From Eledone cirrhosa (taxonomy: Eukaryota), in assembly GCA_964016885.1 (NCBI GenBank), contig OZ024740.1, positions 191,146,001 to 191,210,000 of the forward strand: a DNA stretch of 64,000 nt, written 5' to 3'. The position numbers and the translations under genes were made by a program. Below the pieces are notes generated by a model. It worked only from the letters and a program-made list of their open reading frames with translations, was not told the DNA's origin and made no database searches. How positions within the stretch are numbered: the stretch's first letter is position 1; each line of letters opens with the position of its first letter. Positions 1 to 14,000 of the stretch are shown piece after piece.

Positions 1-87
1 CAATTCTAACACATATATATCCTAGAAACGATCGTTAAATAATGAACTTTTTTTGTTTAATATAAGGAATTGTTTATTCATTATTTG

Positions 88-98
<11 letters not shown>
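1..98 (+). mobile_element. 3' half of an HHR-bearing PLE-type terminal arm, truncated by the window edge (same family as 19935-20963)
   Basis: acacatatatatcctaGAAAcgatcgTTaaataatg...tataaggaa matches 20736-20820 and the reverse complement of 19950-20030; followed by (TA)n. Confidence 0.7.
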
Positions 99-130
<32 letters not shown>

Positions 131-2936
131 ATATGGCCTAAGCTTGTGCATTCAGGTCACATTCAGGTCAACTGTAGAAATCGGTGATAATCGGTGATAA
201 GTTAAAAAAAAGTGTGATGATCAAAGACCTGGAAGTTGGCTTATCATGAGATTAGTCCGAATAATAAAACACAAGTTGTATGTTGAGGAATATTCGTATT
301 ACCCCTATGTTAATTGATACATGTTTTCTTTGAGAGTAGAGTTTATTTTGTCGATATTTCGAGGTGTCGGATCATTGGAAGATTAACAAGAATTAAGGAG
401 ATATAACTTCTGCCCCCATCATTGACAATTTGCAACAGTGGACGTTACAAGGCCCTCTTTATGGCCAACACTTCTGATTGTTTATAGGCATATTATGGTG
501 TGTTTTCTCCGGTTATGTCTACTTTTAGGGGAAAAGGGGATGGTTTTATTGAATTGCTTCAATCATTCGACTGGTTTTACAAACGGTGATATATAGGGTG
601 CTTGAACAGTACCTGAATATCTTCACTCGGTTGTAATTTCTTCGATAGTTGCTATCACTTCCTCAATTGTTCTGCGTTTGTTCTTGATCGCTAAGTCAGT
701 AAGTCTACTATTCTTATACATAAGATTGTTGAATAAGTTCGATACACTTCGAGCTCAAACTTCCCTGGCTTATTCATTCTGAATGAAGAAAGCTGGATGG
801 AAGAAGGTCTGATGACTTAAACAGCTATCGATTGTTCCACATCAAAAGTTGTTTCTATTCAAAATACAGCATGTGCACCCAGGATCGCTAGCATTTTCAG
901 TTTCACTCTAGGAACTGCGAATAATCCCACCTTTCCGGGTATTACTGGGCACTGCAGCTAGTATATTTATATACGAAATATACACAGATGTAAATAAAAT
1001 GTATTACAAAGATGTCTGGAAAAAGTCAACTCTGTGACAGTTGATTCGATTAACTTTAAATGTTTTGTAGTTTCTAAATAGCTACTCACGTCTCTACTCT
1101 CCCCATTATGGCAAGTCTGGTTTTTGAAGCGCATGTTATGTATTTTCATTCTGGTACACATTTTATTTCAGAAAGCGGATAGTTTTATATTATTTAGCGT
1201 ATCGGTTATAGCTCATGAGTGTACCATTACCGAATACTTATAACCTATGTTGTAGTGTGTCCACCTATGTTTGCCTTGCCTACATTTAAACGGAAGCGCA
1301 ATGAGTGAAACGAGTACACATATTGAAGAATGGATTTCTGTTCTATTTGAACAGTGCGTTAAATATTTACACGCACTTTTTAATTTCCATTGATGGATGT
1401 AGCTGGCGCTCATTGACGCTGTCTCGTGAGGTTATTCACATGATAAACTATCGTCGATTTCAATTACAGGTTTGTTTCGAACTTTGCCTGGAAATGCAAT
1501 AAATATCTAAAGTGAGAGGTCTACGTTATGCCGGTTGTATTATATGAATGCCATATGAATATGGCACTGCAAGTGAAATGATAGGTACAAGCTATACGTA
1601 GACGGATTGATTGGCCACTACTCTATTTCCTCGGCTAGCGGCGCTGAAATTTAGATTTTATTATATTTGTTTCCAAAAGCTGTGAACAATATTTTATTAG
1701 AATATGTTTTCTGTCGAACTCTAGCGGAAATTGTTTGAGACGACAGTATGCATTATGTAAGATTACACACTAATCTTCAAAGTACATATTACATTGATAC
1801 ATGTGTCACATAACATATCAATTAATATAAAGTTTTAAAATACGTGTTTTGTATTTAAAAGAGAAATTTAACAAAGATATCTCTTTGTTTGAAAAATTTA
1901 ATAAATATTCTGCAATTAAATCATATGCGAAAGAGACACATGACTGATTTACTACATATTTTCCTTAGCTTAGTTACGACACTTTTGATAATTCGTTTTG
2001 TACACAGATAAATTCATTATTACTTGGAACAATATTTTGCTATCATTTTCTACGCTTATTTGATGGTAAGCGCTTTAATGATTTCAATTTCAATTAGTTT
2101 TAGAAGTGGCATGTAATCTCAACAGGGGAAAATATTTATTTCATGTGACATTTGAATATTTTCATTGCTTATACATCTTGCGTTATTTTAAATACACATT
2201 TTAAATACTCGTTTAACAAGTGATAAATACTTCATGGTTTCGTAGTTATTCTGATTAACATGGGTACATATTCCTCGAAAACTTTATAGGCGACTTAACC
2301 AAAAATATATATAATAGTACTAACATAAACGCAATAAAATGATATGTAATATCATAAACATAAACGTTTTGAGACAAGTCATATTTTAGTATTAAGGAAA
2401 GCCCCAATAAAATGTAATACCACAATGATTATGTTTAATGTCTTCAAAATTACACAATATGTCTGAAATGTTATCGTACGATATAGACAGCTCGAAAATG
2501 AGAAGCTCTTCAATATCACACAATATATTAATTTCTTACAACATTTTGAAAATCGTTAAAATTATATCACAATACGACTTCCAATAATTTAAGACTTACT
2601 GAAAATCCTTTTCAAACGCGGGAGGTTCACATATGTAACACCACGTCACTCCGATTACAACATTCTGAATACGACAGTAAGTATTCAAGAAATTCGACAT
2701 ATGTTGCAGTCAAAACACTATGTAAGAGTGTAGATAGAAAATGTAATACGTTTAGACAACTTCGTATGAAACATATCATCCCTCAACTTCGAATAATCTT
2801 TAACGAAGAATATATAAGAGATTAATTTAAGCATTGCACACATTGAATTGTTCAACACCGATGCAAGGTCTTGGTATTTGTTTTGTTTATTTTTTTTACT
2901 TTTGGTTTTTTCTAAAATATATAAGTGATTAATATG

Positions 2937-3004
<68 letters not shown>

Positions 3005-3097
3005 TGTGTGTGTGTGTGTGTATGTGTGTGTGTGTGTGCGCGAGCGCGCTCGTATATATATATTTATATATATATACACGCGCGCACACACACACAT

Positions 3098-3134
<37 letters not shown>

Positions 3135-3138
3135 AATA

Positions 3139-3193
<55 letters not shown>

Positions 3194-3449
3194 CATATTC
3201 ATATTAAGTTTGATACGGTGAATATACCCTTTCAACGTCTTATTATTGAAGATCAAACCTTACGTAATTTCCGAGATAATTGGCTACCGGTTTATACTAA
3301 AGTGATAGACGTGACTTGGCGATTGGTGTTTCTTTGAGAGGGAACATGTGTGTGCAGTGTATGTGTGTGTGTGTGTGATGCGGAAAATGACAGAAGATGA
3401 TGGCATTCAATGAATATATATAAATCTCGTGCTAAATATAGTAGAAATA

Positions 3450-3487
3450 GTCTTAATGTTTCGGACGCATATCCTTCATCACAATAT
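3450..3487 (-). ncRNA. Degenerate minimal hammerhead ribozyme motif
   Basis: Minus strand gTGATGA-aggatatgcgtcc-GAAA-catTA; C3 is mutated and stem I is weak. Confidence 0.4.
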
Positions 3488-3624
3488 TTAATGAGAATTT
3501 AAAGAAGGAATAGAAAGATAGAAGAGAATGCCCAGTGGCAACGACGAAAATAATTTCTTCGAGAATAAACAGGTCAATTTATTATCACATCCCTTATGTG
3601 TATGTGTTTGTGCACCAGTTATAT

Positions 3625-3805
3625 AATTGTTTCTACTTTTGGCACAAGTGCAGCAATTACCCCAGTGCATTATTAGTGCCTTATTTTATCAACCCTGTAA
3701 GGGAGAAAAGCAAAGTTAACCTCGACGTGACTTGAACTCAGATCATAATGTGCTGTAACTCTGTGCTGCAACGTCCAACCCACTAAATATACTGCCAATC
3801 CACCG
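3625..3805 (-). mobile_element. tRNA-derived SINE (Nin/Deu-like central domain), diverged copy
   Basis: Aligns to the reverse complement of the 32605-32789 SINE; degenerate flanking duplication gtg.a.cagt.atataat. Confidence 0.85.
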
Positions 3806-4526
3806 TGTATCAGTAATATAATACTAGTATTTTACATTTGCATGCATATAAACGTTTACAGGATTTGTTACTACGTAATCAGTTTTGGGGAATATCTGTA
3901 TCCACGATCAATTCAGTGCCTCCTATATACGAAACCATACCTTAAAACCGTAATTTTAATGAAAAAGTGCGCAACGCAGTATTACCAGTTATTTACACAC
4001 AGGTCACTTAATGGAGAGAAACCATGTGACAAATTAATGCTAGCATTGAAATGTGATATAGTTGTATTAGAAAGCCTGGAGGAAACTCTATTGTATTATT
4101 TTGCGCTATTTGACAACAGAGCTCAGGTAGTCGGGCAAAATCTATCAGATCAACTTGTCCGACGCGAGAAAAAATCTGCAAAACCTCCTCCGGTGTCTAC
4201 AAATAAAAATGGACATCCATAGAGATTCGCAGTTTAAATCTTACAATATGCAAATTATTCTTAGTTAAATTGATTACGAATAGAAACGTTGTATTTCGGA
4301 AAACGAATTGAACAAGAGGACTACGTTGATTTACATTAGTTAAGTGTTTTAGGATACGATACATTCAAAATAATCTTGTTTATTAAAATACATCTGAATA
4401 CGTCATTTAGGAATTAGTAGCATATGATACATCTGTCTCAGAAACATTACAATATAACAAGTAGATGAAAATCAATAATGTAAGCGAAGTAAATGCACTT
4501 TCGATTAAACACACACACACATACAC

Positions 4527-5333
<807 letters not shown>

Positions 5334-5424
5334 GTGTGTGTGTGTGTGTTTAATAGAAAGTTTTTTTTCACTTCACTTATATTATTCATTTTCATCTAAT
5401 ATTCATATATATATATATACATGG

Positions 5425-5546
5425 AAAAAAATGAAACGAAATTTCATTTCTCACTAGTACGGCCGATACTTAAATGTAAGAATGTATACGTACATACATA
5501 TATGTATACAGACGTACAGTAGTATGTATATATATATACATACATG

Positions 5547-5577
<31 letters not shown>

Positions 5578-5990
5578 GTACGTATGGCTTTACCGAACAA
5601 GTATTATGATGTTAGGTTTGTTTGTAAACAAACAGCCCGAATTACGCCGTACATTGTTCGGCAACCAACGTCGACATTTGTTCAACACTGACACAGGAAC
5701 GATGTACTAGTTTCAAGCTTATTAGCTATCGTCATCATCATATACCTTCCTCTCAGATGATTGAACGTTTGAAAGTATATACTTTCCTCATGCATATTAA
5801 CGGCTGAGCAGCCTAATTTGCATATCGAGTGAGTTAGTATGCCGGGCGTACCGAAAAAGATGAATGGAAAAGAATGAAACGAAATTTCATATCTCACTCG
5901 TAGTACGGCAGTTACTTAAATGTAAGCATACATATATGTATATATACGTATAAACATATATGTATACAGACGTACAGTCATATGTATATA
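5425..5990 (+). repeat. About 445-bp unit in partial head-to-tail tandem with a degenerate HHR at the junction; second copy inverted at 21120-21572
   Basis: aatgaaacgaaatttcat.tctcact..gtacggc..tacttaaatgtaag occurs at about 5430 and 5873; the whole unit aligns to the reverse complement of 21120-21572. Confidence 0.75.
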
Positions 5991-6014
5991 TGTACATACA
6001 TGCACACAAACGCA

Positions 6015-6100
<86 letters not shown>

Positions 6101-6102
<2 letters not shown>

Positions 6103-7552
6103 GCAATAATAATAAATTTGAAAAATAAAATCCAAAGAGGGCTCGATAAGGATAAATATATATCAAATATATAAGAACCGTAGAGCAAATATTTCTTAAA
6201 ATAACAGATTAAAGTTTAAGCAAAGAAGTCCCGTAGGGTTAACCGCCAATAGTTTCAAGCAGCTTCTTTACATGCATACCCATTCTTTTCGTTACCCTCT
6301 AAGAAGGAATATGACGTCACTCTCAGCTTATATCTGGAGTCTAAAAGACAACCACACCCAATATAAGTTACACTGGGAGATCCTAGCTAGGGCTAGATCG
6401 CATAACGGAAATAAAAGATCATGTGACCTCTGCGCCGTTGAGGCCCTGGAAATACTCTACGCACAGACCACATCTTAAACAACAAATCTGAGGCAATTTC
6501 GGCTTGTAAACATAAATTGCACAAAACTTTCCTATATTACAGCCCCACGTTATACCCTAACGGATAGTACGATCTATACGTGGATACTTTACGTCTTGAT
6601 GGGAGAGCTAAGTATATGTTTTGTTTATTCCTTTACTTATTTGCATAGGTAAGTATATATTACCCGTATGTTTTGTGAAGGTACGTATACCTTCTCGTAC
6701 GTATATTTGATTGTTATGGCGTATACTTTTATATATTCTGGTACATATGGTTCGGCTATGTGTATACTGGAGTGTTGCGTCTGTGTGAGTATGCAGGTTC
6801 GTACGTATGATGGGTGTGTGTATATGCGTACTTCATGTTTTAGTTGACTTACGTTCCGAACATTCGTGTATTTGTATGTAGGTATGTGTGTGTGCTTGTT
6901 ATATACGTATTTATTTATTTATATACGTTTATATAATTATTTATTTATTTGTATACTCGCATACACACACACATTTATATTGCGTGGTTTCGTATACATA
7001 TGGTATGTTTTTGCGTATGCTTGTATTTGTACGTATTTGTTTGCGTGTATGTATTTATTTATTTCTATTACTTCTGTATTGTATTTATTTACTTTGTTCT
7101 TAACTCTGTAGCGGAGATTCATTTAGTCTCCTAGTTAGAATTTTAGTCTACGACTTCTGCTATACCATTTACGTGGTTGTGTCTTTGCGTGCAATTGTTC
7201 TCCACGCTCCACATATGAGGTATTATCTTCGTTTTTTCGTTCATTGCCAGAGAACGTCTCTATGCACCACCTAAGAGAACATTAGTCTATGACCTCTGTT
7301 ATACCATAAACGTGGTTCTGTCTTTGCGCGTATTTGTTTTTCACCGTTCCTATTAATGACGTATTATTCGTTCTTTCCCGTTCTTTGCCAGCGAACGTTT
7401 CCACGAACCAAAGTATCGTCTTCCTGTCTTCCTCCGGTTGCAACGTCTTTTGAAATATCCAGTTCTGCGTTTACAGATTGACTTTGTTAGTTTCAGAAGA
7501 TCCCGTTAAGCAATTCTTTGCTTAAACTTTAATCTGTTATTTTAATAAATAT
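6101..7552 (+). mobile_element. 5'-truncated PLE (Naiad-like GIY-YIG C-terminus) with short inverted terminal arm
   Basis: 6233-6565 encodes VGLTANSFKQ..HTHSFR..TSLSAYIWSLKD..WEIL..CDLCAVE; 6189-6227 is the inverse of 7514-7552; about 140-bp tandem duplication at 7143-7404 in the 3' UTR. Confidence 0.85.
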
Positions 7553-8137
7553 ATATATATATATATGTGTGTGTGGTGTGTGTGTTTGTGCGTGTGTGTG
7601 TGTGTGTATGTGTGTGCGTGCATGTGTGTCTGAACAGATATATAAATGGTATGTTGTGTTATCGAAATTTTAAATAACCATATGCACGCGTGCAGTCAAT
7701 AATACATGTTCGTGTGTTAGCGTGCATCTGAGTATGTGTGAGGTGGGGCGGAGTGTATATGTCATTGTTTTGAGTCTATTCCTGCAACTTTGCATTTCAT
7801 TAATTTTTTGGTTTTCCCAAAAATATATTTTTGTTTTCTCCATACATTCGTGGATTATACAGCGGAAACATGTTTTGCCCTCAAGTAATATTACATTTAA
7901 GAATGATTGCATACATCGCAGACAGTATTAATGTATCACCACGATTCAATTCCCAATAATACAAATTGCGTAAGCAGTGTCCAAAATAAGCAACATTTGA
8001 CACTGTTATCAACATAGTCTTACTTAGAAATAGTTATCTGTATTGAATTATTATATTTTCATATGACATTTTCTGAAAAAAATTATTTTATATGAATTCT
8101 ATCAATTAATCTAGTATACACGTGCACATGCTTTGTG

Positions 8138-8195
<58 letters not shown>

Positions 8196-8231
8196 ATTAA
8201 TAAATGGAAACTATATTTATAAAACATATTT

Positions 8232-8294
8232 ATTTCATTATATATATTTCAAGGATACCAAGTTAAATCATGGTATGCCTTCATCAGACAAAAT
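8232..8294 (-). ncRNA. Type-I hammerhead ribozyme (family of 18757-19422)
   Basis: attttgt-CTGATGA-aggcatacca...tggtatcctt-GAAA-tatata-TA-atgaaat; 7-bp stem I including G:U pairs. Confidence 0.75.
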
Positions 8295-8320
8295 ACCCAA
8301 CAATTTAAATAGAACTTTTG

Positions 8321-8400
<80 letters not shown>

Positions 8401-8449
8401 ATATGTATATATAAATGCATATATAAATGCATACATATATATATAATAT

Positions 8450-10440
8450 TAAGGATACTATTTATAGTTATGTATATTTTAAACTATAAACAGTGAAGGT
8501 CAGTAAGTTAATACTTTCTTATTACCAGTAAGATAAATAGCTCAATGTAAGAACAGCAGTTGTTCTACAGAACAGTTATATATAATTCACAAGAATCAAA
8601 GCTATGTTCAAAACATTTATTCACTTACAATTGTTTCATCCAAAACTACGCTTGGTTTCTTCGGAGCATTCTTTAATGCTTGTACATATAATTGACCTCC
8701 TATCCAACGCAAGAGACATACATATATATATATATTGATGTACAGTGGAGTGACATATATGATACTATACTATATATGTATAGCAATTCAAATTTAGAAT
8801 CAAAATTAAAATTAAAATACATGCGGTAGATAACACAGATAATTCAGTCAGATAATCAGATGTAGTAGATGGTGTATGCGTTAGTCATACATAGAGCATG
8901 CAAGTGTGTCTCATTTATATAAGAGTATTGTGTGGCAAGGTATTGTGTGTAATACAAGCACTTCAAGCGAGTAAGCAAGAGTATTATGGAGGGTATTTGT
9001 TGTATAGATCAAATAAGTATGTGTGCAGGAAAAGAAAAAGAAAAAGAAAGTTATAATTTTCACATCCGCCACCATTTTCACATCCAGAAAAAGGAAGTTA
9101 TATTTTCACATCCATCACATATGTTTCGATGAATTCGTATTGAATGTTTGATGTAGCAAATGATTGTAACGTATTGAGACTCAGTGTTATATAATCCATA
9201 TTTATAGAATAGGTTATTTCTGCTGCGAGAATTTACACCGGTTTATTATCCGGAAGTAGGTATGCAATTAAGGGGACTTAATGCGTAAGGGGAGGTAACT
9301 AGCTGATTCTCATGACTAAATTCATTGTTCTAACATACATTACATGTTGCCTCAATTGAGTCCCTTATATTAAAGGTTATATATTTATATTTAATTTAAA
9401 TACAGTCTACTCTATCATAATGTATTAAAGTTGTATATAAGAAATTGATTACTCCTTATTATATAGCGCTATAATTGAATTTCTCACACAAAGTGCTATA
9501 TCTTTATATCAAATTCACTTTAAATACAGTCTACTCCCAAAACATATCAAAGGTCCAATTAGATTTTTGCCTATTTAACCTTTGGTAAGCTATGGAACAG
9601 CTTACGGCTGTTTGCAAGATCAAATTAGATACATATGTTGGGTAAATAAATACATCCTTCATATACAATGTCATTAATCTATCCGTTAAGTTATACATGC
9701 ATATATAATTCATATATAATTCATTGTACCACACTACATATAAGTTAGTCAGATCCCCTATGTTAATAAATTAATCCTATATATATCCAATGTTATTACT
9801 CTATATATTTAATTACCAATGCATATATAATTCATTGTTGTATCTAGTATTTAAAGTTTATATAAACTGTATTATATTTCAATCCCGATATAATTATAAG
9901 TAATTAAAAGTAATTGTATTAAAATATGGGTTTATGGGGATAGTTCTAGGGTATAAAATTATAGATAGATAGATAGAATGATTTGTGTCGAGGAAAGGGT
10001 GGATCAGAGAGTGTAATGTAGTGGTGGAAGGCAAGCCCATGAGGTGCGGTGTTAAATGTGGTGATGAGTTCAAATCTGACATTGTTAAATATTAGGTTTA
10101 AAGCTTTGGAATGAGTGTCGGAAGCGGTGTTGGCACGATGGAAACACTTTCAATTTTTTTTATTAAGGAGGATAAGGTTCAAAAGTTTAGAGTATGGGTC
10201 TCTAGTTGACAGAGGTTTAATTTTAATTTTGAATTGCTATACAAATATAGTATAGTATAATATATGTCAATCCACTGTACATCAATATATATATGTGTAT
10301 ATGTATGTCTCTTGCGTTGGATAGGAGGTCAATTATATGTACAAGCATTAAAAAATGGTCCGAAACACCAAGCTAAGGTTTGTATGAAACAATTGTATGC
10401 GGATAAATGTTTTGAACATAGCTTTGATTCTTGTGAATTC
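8450..10440 (-). mobile_element. Decayed PLE with inverted terminal arms, each with a CCGAAGA-type HHR
   Basis: 8585-8795 is the inverse of 10225-10440; degenerate GIY-YIG-like residues at about 9530-9760 (TYV..QT..YQRLNRQKS); 8590-9260 is homologous to 35265-35985. Confidence 0.75.
8622..8668 (-). ncRNA. Hammerhead ribozyme, U4C core variant
   Basis: tgct-CCGAAGA-aacca..tggat-GAAA-caattg-TA-agtg; decayed inverted copy at 10356-10402. Confidence 0.65.
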
Positions 10441-10492
10441 TACATATATATATATATAAATATATATGTATATACATACATATATATATATA

Positions 10493-10577
<85 letters not shown>

Positions 10578-10789
10578 TTTACGTATCGAGAAAGAGAGAA
10601 AAAGGAGGGATAGGTCATACATATAGTTATTTGCCAAGTAGCGTATGCCAAAGGTGCTCGATACTAGTGCCGGCAGTATTAAATATTCGAAGTGTTAATA
10701 TTTAGTGGGCTAGAGAGTTAGCAGGGCGTAAGCACGTGGGAAAGTGAAATATCGGAGAATAGACCGTTAAAACATGTTTATTTAAAATA

Positions 10790-10830
10790 TCACCTACGTA
10801 CGTTTCGCCCAGTTGGGCTTCTCAAGGGCA
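10790..10830 (-). ncRNA. Hammerhead ribozyme (U3-A8 variant), inverted-arm copy
   Basis: Reverse complement of 13206-13246. Confidence 0.75.
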
Positions 10831-11009
10831 TAAATAATCGCAAGTGTTCCTTATATAGTTCGGAAAGAGTTTTGGGGGTTGAATCCACATCAAGATTCAT
10901 TGCTCGCAAAAATATCTTGTTTTGATTTTGCAGCAGGTCAAGGGAGGTAACTCTGGCCGGTGTTAGGGCGGTATTTCCCGGATTTTTTTTTTTTTTTTAA
11001 GTCATCCAG

Positions 11010-12103
11010 TTTGGTATAGATAGCTACTACGCCTCTATCTTAGCTAGATCTAACACTAGCCTCACCAAAAAAGAAATAGACATAATTCTAGTGGCACGTA
11101 GAACCATTATCCAGTTCGAAGGCTCCCACTGGACCAGAACCAACCGTCCTGATAACTTCGATGTCACGATGGGGTCCAGCGACTCAGAAAAGCAACTGAC
11201 CTGGTTGGGATATACCTCCTACATAAGCTTAGGGAAGAAATACCGGCCCTACAAGGAGGTGTATATAGGGACGACGCCCTGTTTACCGTTAGGAACCATA
11301 GCCCCCGTAGGATAGAGAACCTTAACAAACATATACACAGGTTCTTTAAGTCATACGGCCTATCCGTAACTATGGACCTCAACCACAGGGTTGTCAACTT
11401 CCTGGACGTCACCCTAGAGTTGAGTACGGGCTTATACAAGCCATACCATAAGCCTGGAGAGTGCCTCTCTTATATTAATTATGCCTCCAACCACCCTAAG
11501 CAGACTCTCAACTCCATAGTCTATAGTATCTCACATAGAATCTCGAGGCTATCCGCCAATGAGGATATCTTCAACCAAGCGGCTGATTACTACAATAGGG
11601 CCTTGATAAGCACCGGCTTTAACCGAGGAATTTCCTACATCCCTAACGCTAGCTCTAGAAAACACCCCCCTCATAAAACTAACGTTATAGTAAGCCATAC
11701 CTATAACCGATCACGCGGCGACCTCGTTAAAGTCCGATATAATAGAATAGATAACCGCACCAAAGATCACGTCCCCGGCGACGGTGAATACTGTAGATTA
11801 CTCAAACTATTCCCCTATTACAAAACCAACAAAGGCGACGGCCTACTACCAACGCCTTCCAACCAACATCTTCGTGTAAATAAACATGGAAGTGGTAGAA
11901 AGAGTGCACCCAAGCATAAAGTGAAAAGGGCACCGAACGGGCGACAGCGCATTAACACACATAAGAGCGATCACTTAGATGGAACCACCCGTAGCAAAAG
12001 TACAAGGACACGTAATCGCCACCGTAACGTCCTATGGTTCCACCCCCCCCCTACTCTCGAAGTGTGGCCTCCAACATACCCCGGATATTCATCGAAGCCT
12101 TAG
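11010..12103 (+). pseudogene. PLE reverse transcriptase C-terminal half and thumb (frameshifted)
   Basis: FDVTMGS, GVYRDDA (catalytic YxDD), VNFLDVTLEL, YKPYHKP, YINYASNHP, RISRLS, VLWFHPP motifs. Confidence 0.9.
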
Positions 12104-12924
12104 AGAAAAACTTCCCACCCAACCATAGGTATAGAAAAATTCTTAATAGGAACAATATAAAAATATCCTTCTCTACTACTCCTAACCTAGCAGACATCAT
12201 AGGAACAACGAACCACAGTAATATCACCAAGACACAGCACCTCGACGCAGACGCACCTACACCTGACAATAACTGTATCGGCCTTAACAACTCCCTGACA
12301 TCATCCAATAGTGTTGGCAACGGCATCCGCAGACGCAACCAGAATGACCGCGAAGTGACTGGGGAACATGCAGAACATGGCGTGTGGAATAACAATCGTA
12401 CTTGTGCTAACGACAGCTGCGGTAGCGCAGCTAGCAACGTAGGCGGCAACAATGATAGCCTTATCGTGGGAAATAGACGGAACCGCGACATAAATTGCAA
12501 CTGCCGCGACAGAGGACGATGCCCCCATAGAGGATACTGCTTGACCGATAGGGTTATATATAGATGCACTATTACTAGCTACATTAGCGTTAAACATTAT
12601 ATAGGGGCCACCTCCGGCCCGTTCAAAATTAGGTTTCGAACACATCCCCACTCTTTCACAAATAGAAAACTAAGGCACTCCACCTCGCTCGCGGACTACA
12701 TCACATCACTAAAGGACTTAAACATTAGCTTCTCCACGCACTGGGAGATTGTCGGCAGGGCTGCACCGTACAACTTCAAGAGGAAATGCGATCTTTGCCT
12801 CATGGAGCTCTACCGCATCATAACTGCACCCCACGAGCTCATCAACAGCAGAGCTGAAACAGCGATACGTTGTACACGTCGCTCAAAAATATCCTTCTTT
12901 AGATGGGTTAAGAATGAAGAGTGA
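12034..12924 (+). CDS. PLE linker, Zn-knuckle and GIY-YIG endonuclease (continues the RT across a poly-C frameshift)
   Basis: PPYS..NI..F, KILNRNNIKISFS, CNCR..CP..GYCL, VIY..YIG.T..FK.R..H..SF, CDLCLME. Confidence 0.9.
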   Translation: MVPPPPYSRSVASNIPRIFIEALEKNFPPNHRYRKILNRNNIKISFSTTPNLADIIGTTNHSNITKTQHLDADAPTPDNNCIGLNNSLTSSNSVGNGIRRRNQNDREVTGEHAEHGVWNNNRTCANDSCGSAASNVGGNNDSLIVGNRRNRDINCNCRDRGRCPHRGYCLTDRVIYRCTITSYISVKHYIGATSGPFKIRFRTHPHSFTNRKLRHSTSLADYITSLKDLNISFSTHWEIVGRAAPYNFKRKCDLCLMELYRIITAPHELINSRAETAIRCTRRSKISFFRWVKNEE

Positions 12925-13205
12925 AATAGTACACTGGATCTCCCTGCAACAAGTCTTAACACCCCGGCGGGCAGGCGCAGCAAAATAACACCCAGAAAAC
13001 AATCCTTGCATACCAGACCCAGCCTCAGACAAACGGAAAAAAAAAAAAAATTATCTGGGAAATACTGCCCTAACACCGGCCAGAGTTACCTCCCTTGACC
13101 TGCTGCAAAATCAAAACAAGATATTTTTGCGAGCAATGAATCTTGATGTGGATTTAACCCCCAAAACTCTTTCCGAACTATATAAGGAACACTTGCGATT
13201 ATTTA

Positions 13206-13246
13206 TGCCCTTGAGAAGCCCAACTGGGCGAAACGTACGTAGGTGA
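13206..13246 (+). ncRNA. Hammerhead ribozyme (U3-A8 variant) in PLE 3' pseudo-LTR
   Basis: TTGAGAA-gccc aact gggc-GAAA-cgtacg-TA-ggt; palindromic stem III ACGTACGT; stem I is short. Confidence 0.75.
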
Positions 13247-13300
13247 TGTTTTAAATAAACATGTTTTAACGGTCTATTCTCCGATTTTTCACTTTCCCAC

Positions 13301-13357
<57 letters not shown>

Positions 13358-13407
13358 CATACGTATATATATATATATTTTTTTTTTTCAATGACTTCTC
13401 AATCAGC

Positions 13408-13492
13408 CGTGTGGAGAACGTGCGAAAAATTCACTTCTCGTGTTTAGGCAATCTCTATTGCGAGAAGTGAATTTTTCATACGTTGTCCACAC
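13408..13492. repeat. Short inverted repeat (hairpin), possibly the end of a non-autonomous DNA element
   Basis: cgtgtggagaacgtgcgaaaaattcacttctcg pairs with cgagaagtgaatttttcatacgttgtccacacg. Confidence 0.6.
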
Positions 13493-13781
13493 GTCACCAA
13501 ACATCTATTGCAAAACTACAAGGCTCCAGACTGATTCTTTGTAATTTTATTTTTAATATTTTTATTTTATTTTCAACCCCAAAACTTTCCGGACTTTCGC
13601 AGTTATCTCCCTTAGACCCCCGCACGCAGTCTAGTATTGCCTGTGTGAACCGACCGAGTTTCTACGCATGCGCGTTCGTACGGTTGTCCTTCCTGTTCCT
13701 AGAACCATAAGATCCGCGAAGGCGAAACTATTGTTCTCGGTATGGTGAACTAACTGTTGTGAAACAACTTCTCTCTCTCTA

Positions 13782-14000
<219 letters not shown>

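Larger units (their letters stand above)
10575..13302 (+). mobile_element. 5'-truncated Penelope-like retroelement (Naiad-like) with inverted pseudo-LTR
   Basis: 10733-10990 is the inverse of 13045-13302 (about 250 bp, near identical); RT plus GIY-YIG coding between the arms; extra left tail 10575-10732; (TA)n on both flanks. Confidence 0.95.

Noticed and set aside
130-960. Possible decayed LTR-retrotransposon gag/protease on the minus strand (..GAEVIS)
   Set aside because: Only one weak motif among many stops; not supportable without a database search
2718-3337. [12 protein letters not shown] ORFs here and throughout the window
   Set aside because: They are translations of (TA)n, (TG)n and (CA)n microsatellites, which lack stop codons
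12490-12924. Selenocysteine recoding, as reported for some Naiad PLEs
   Set aside because: The conserved Cys positions in the GIY-YIG ORFs at 12034, 44517 and 49246 show no in-frame TGA
10733-13302. DNA transposon or LTR element suggested by the terminal repeats
   Set aside because: The interior encodes PLE RT plus GIY-YIG, and the repeats are asymmetric inverted 3' ends, not TIRs or direct LTRs
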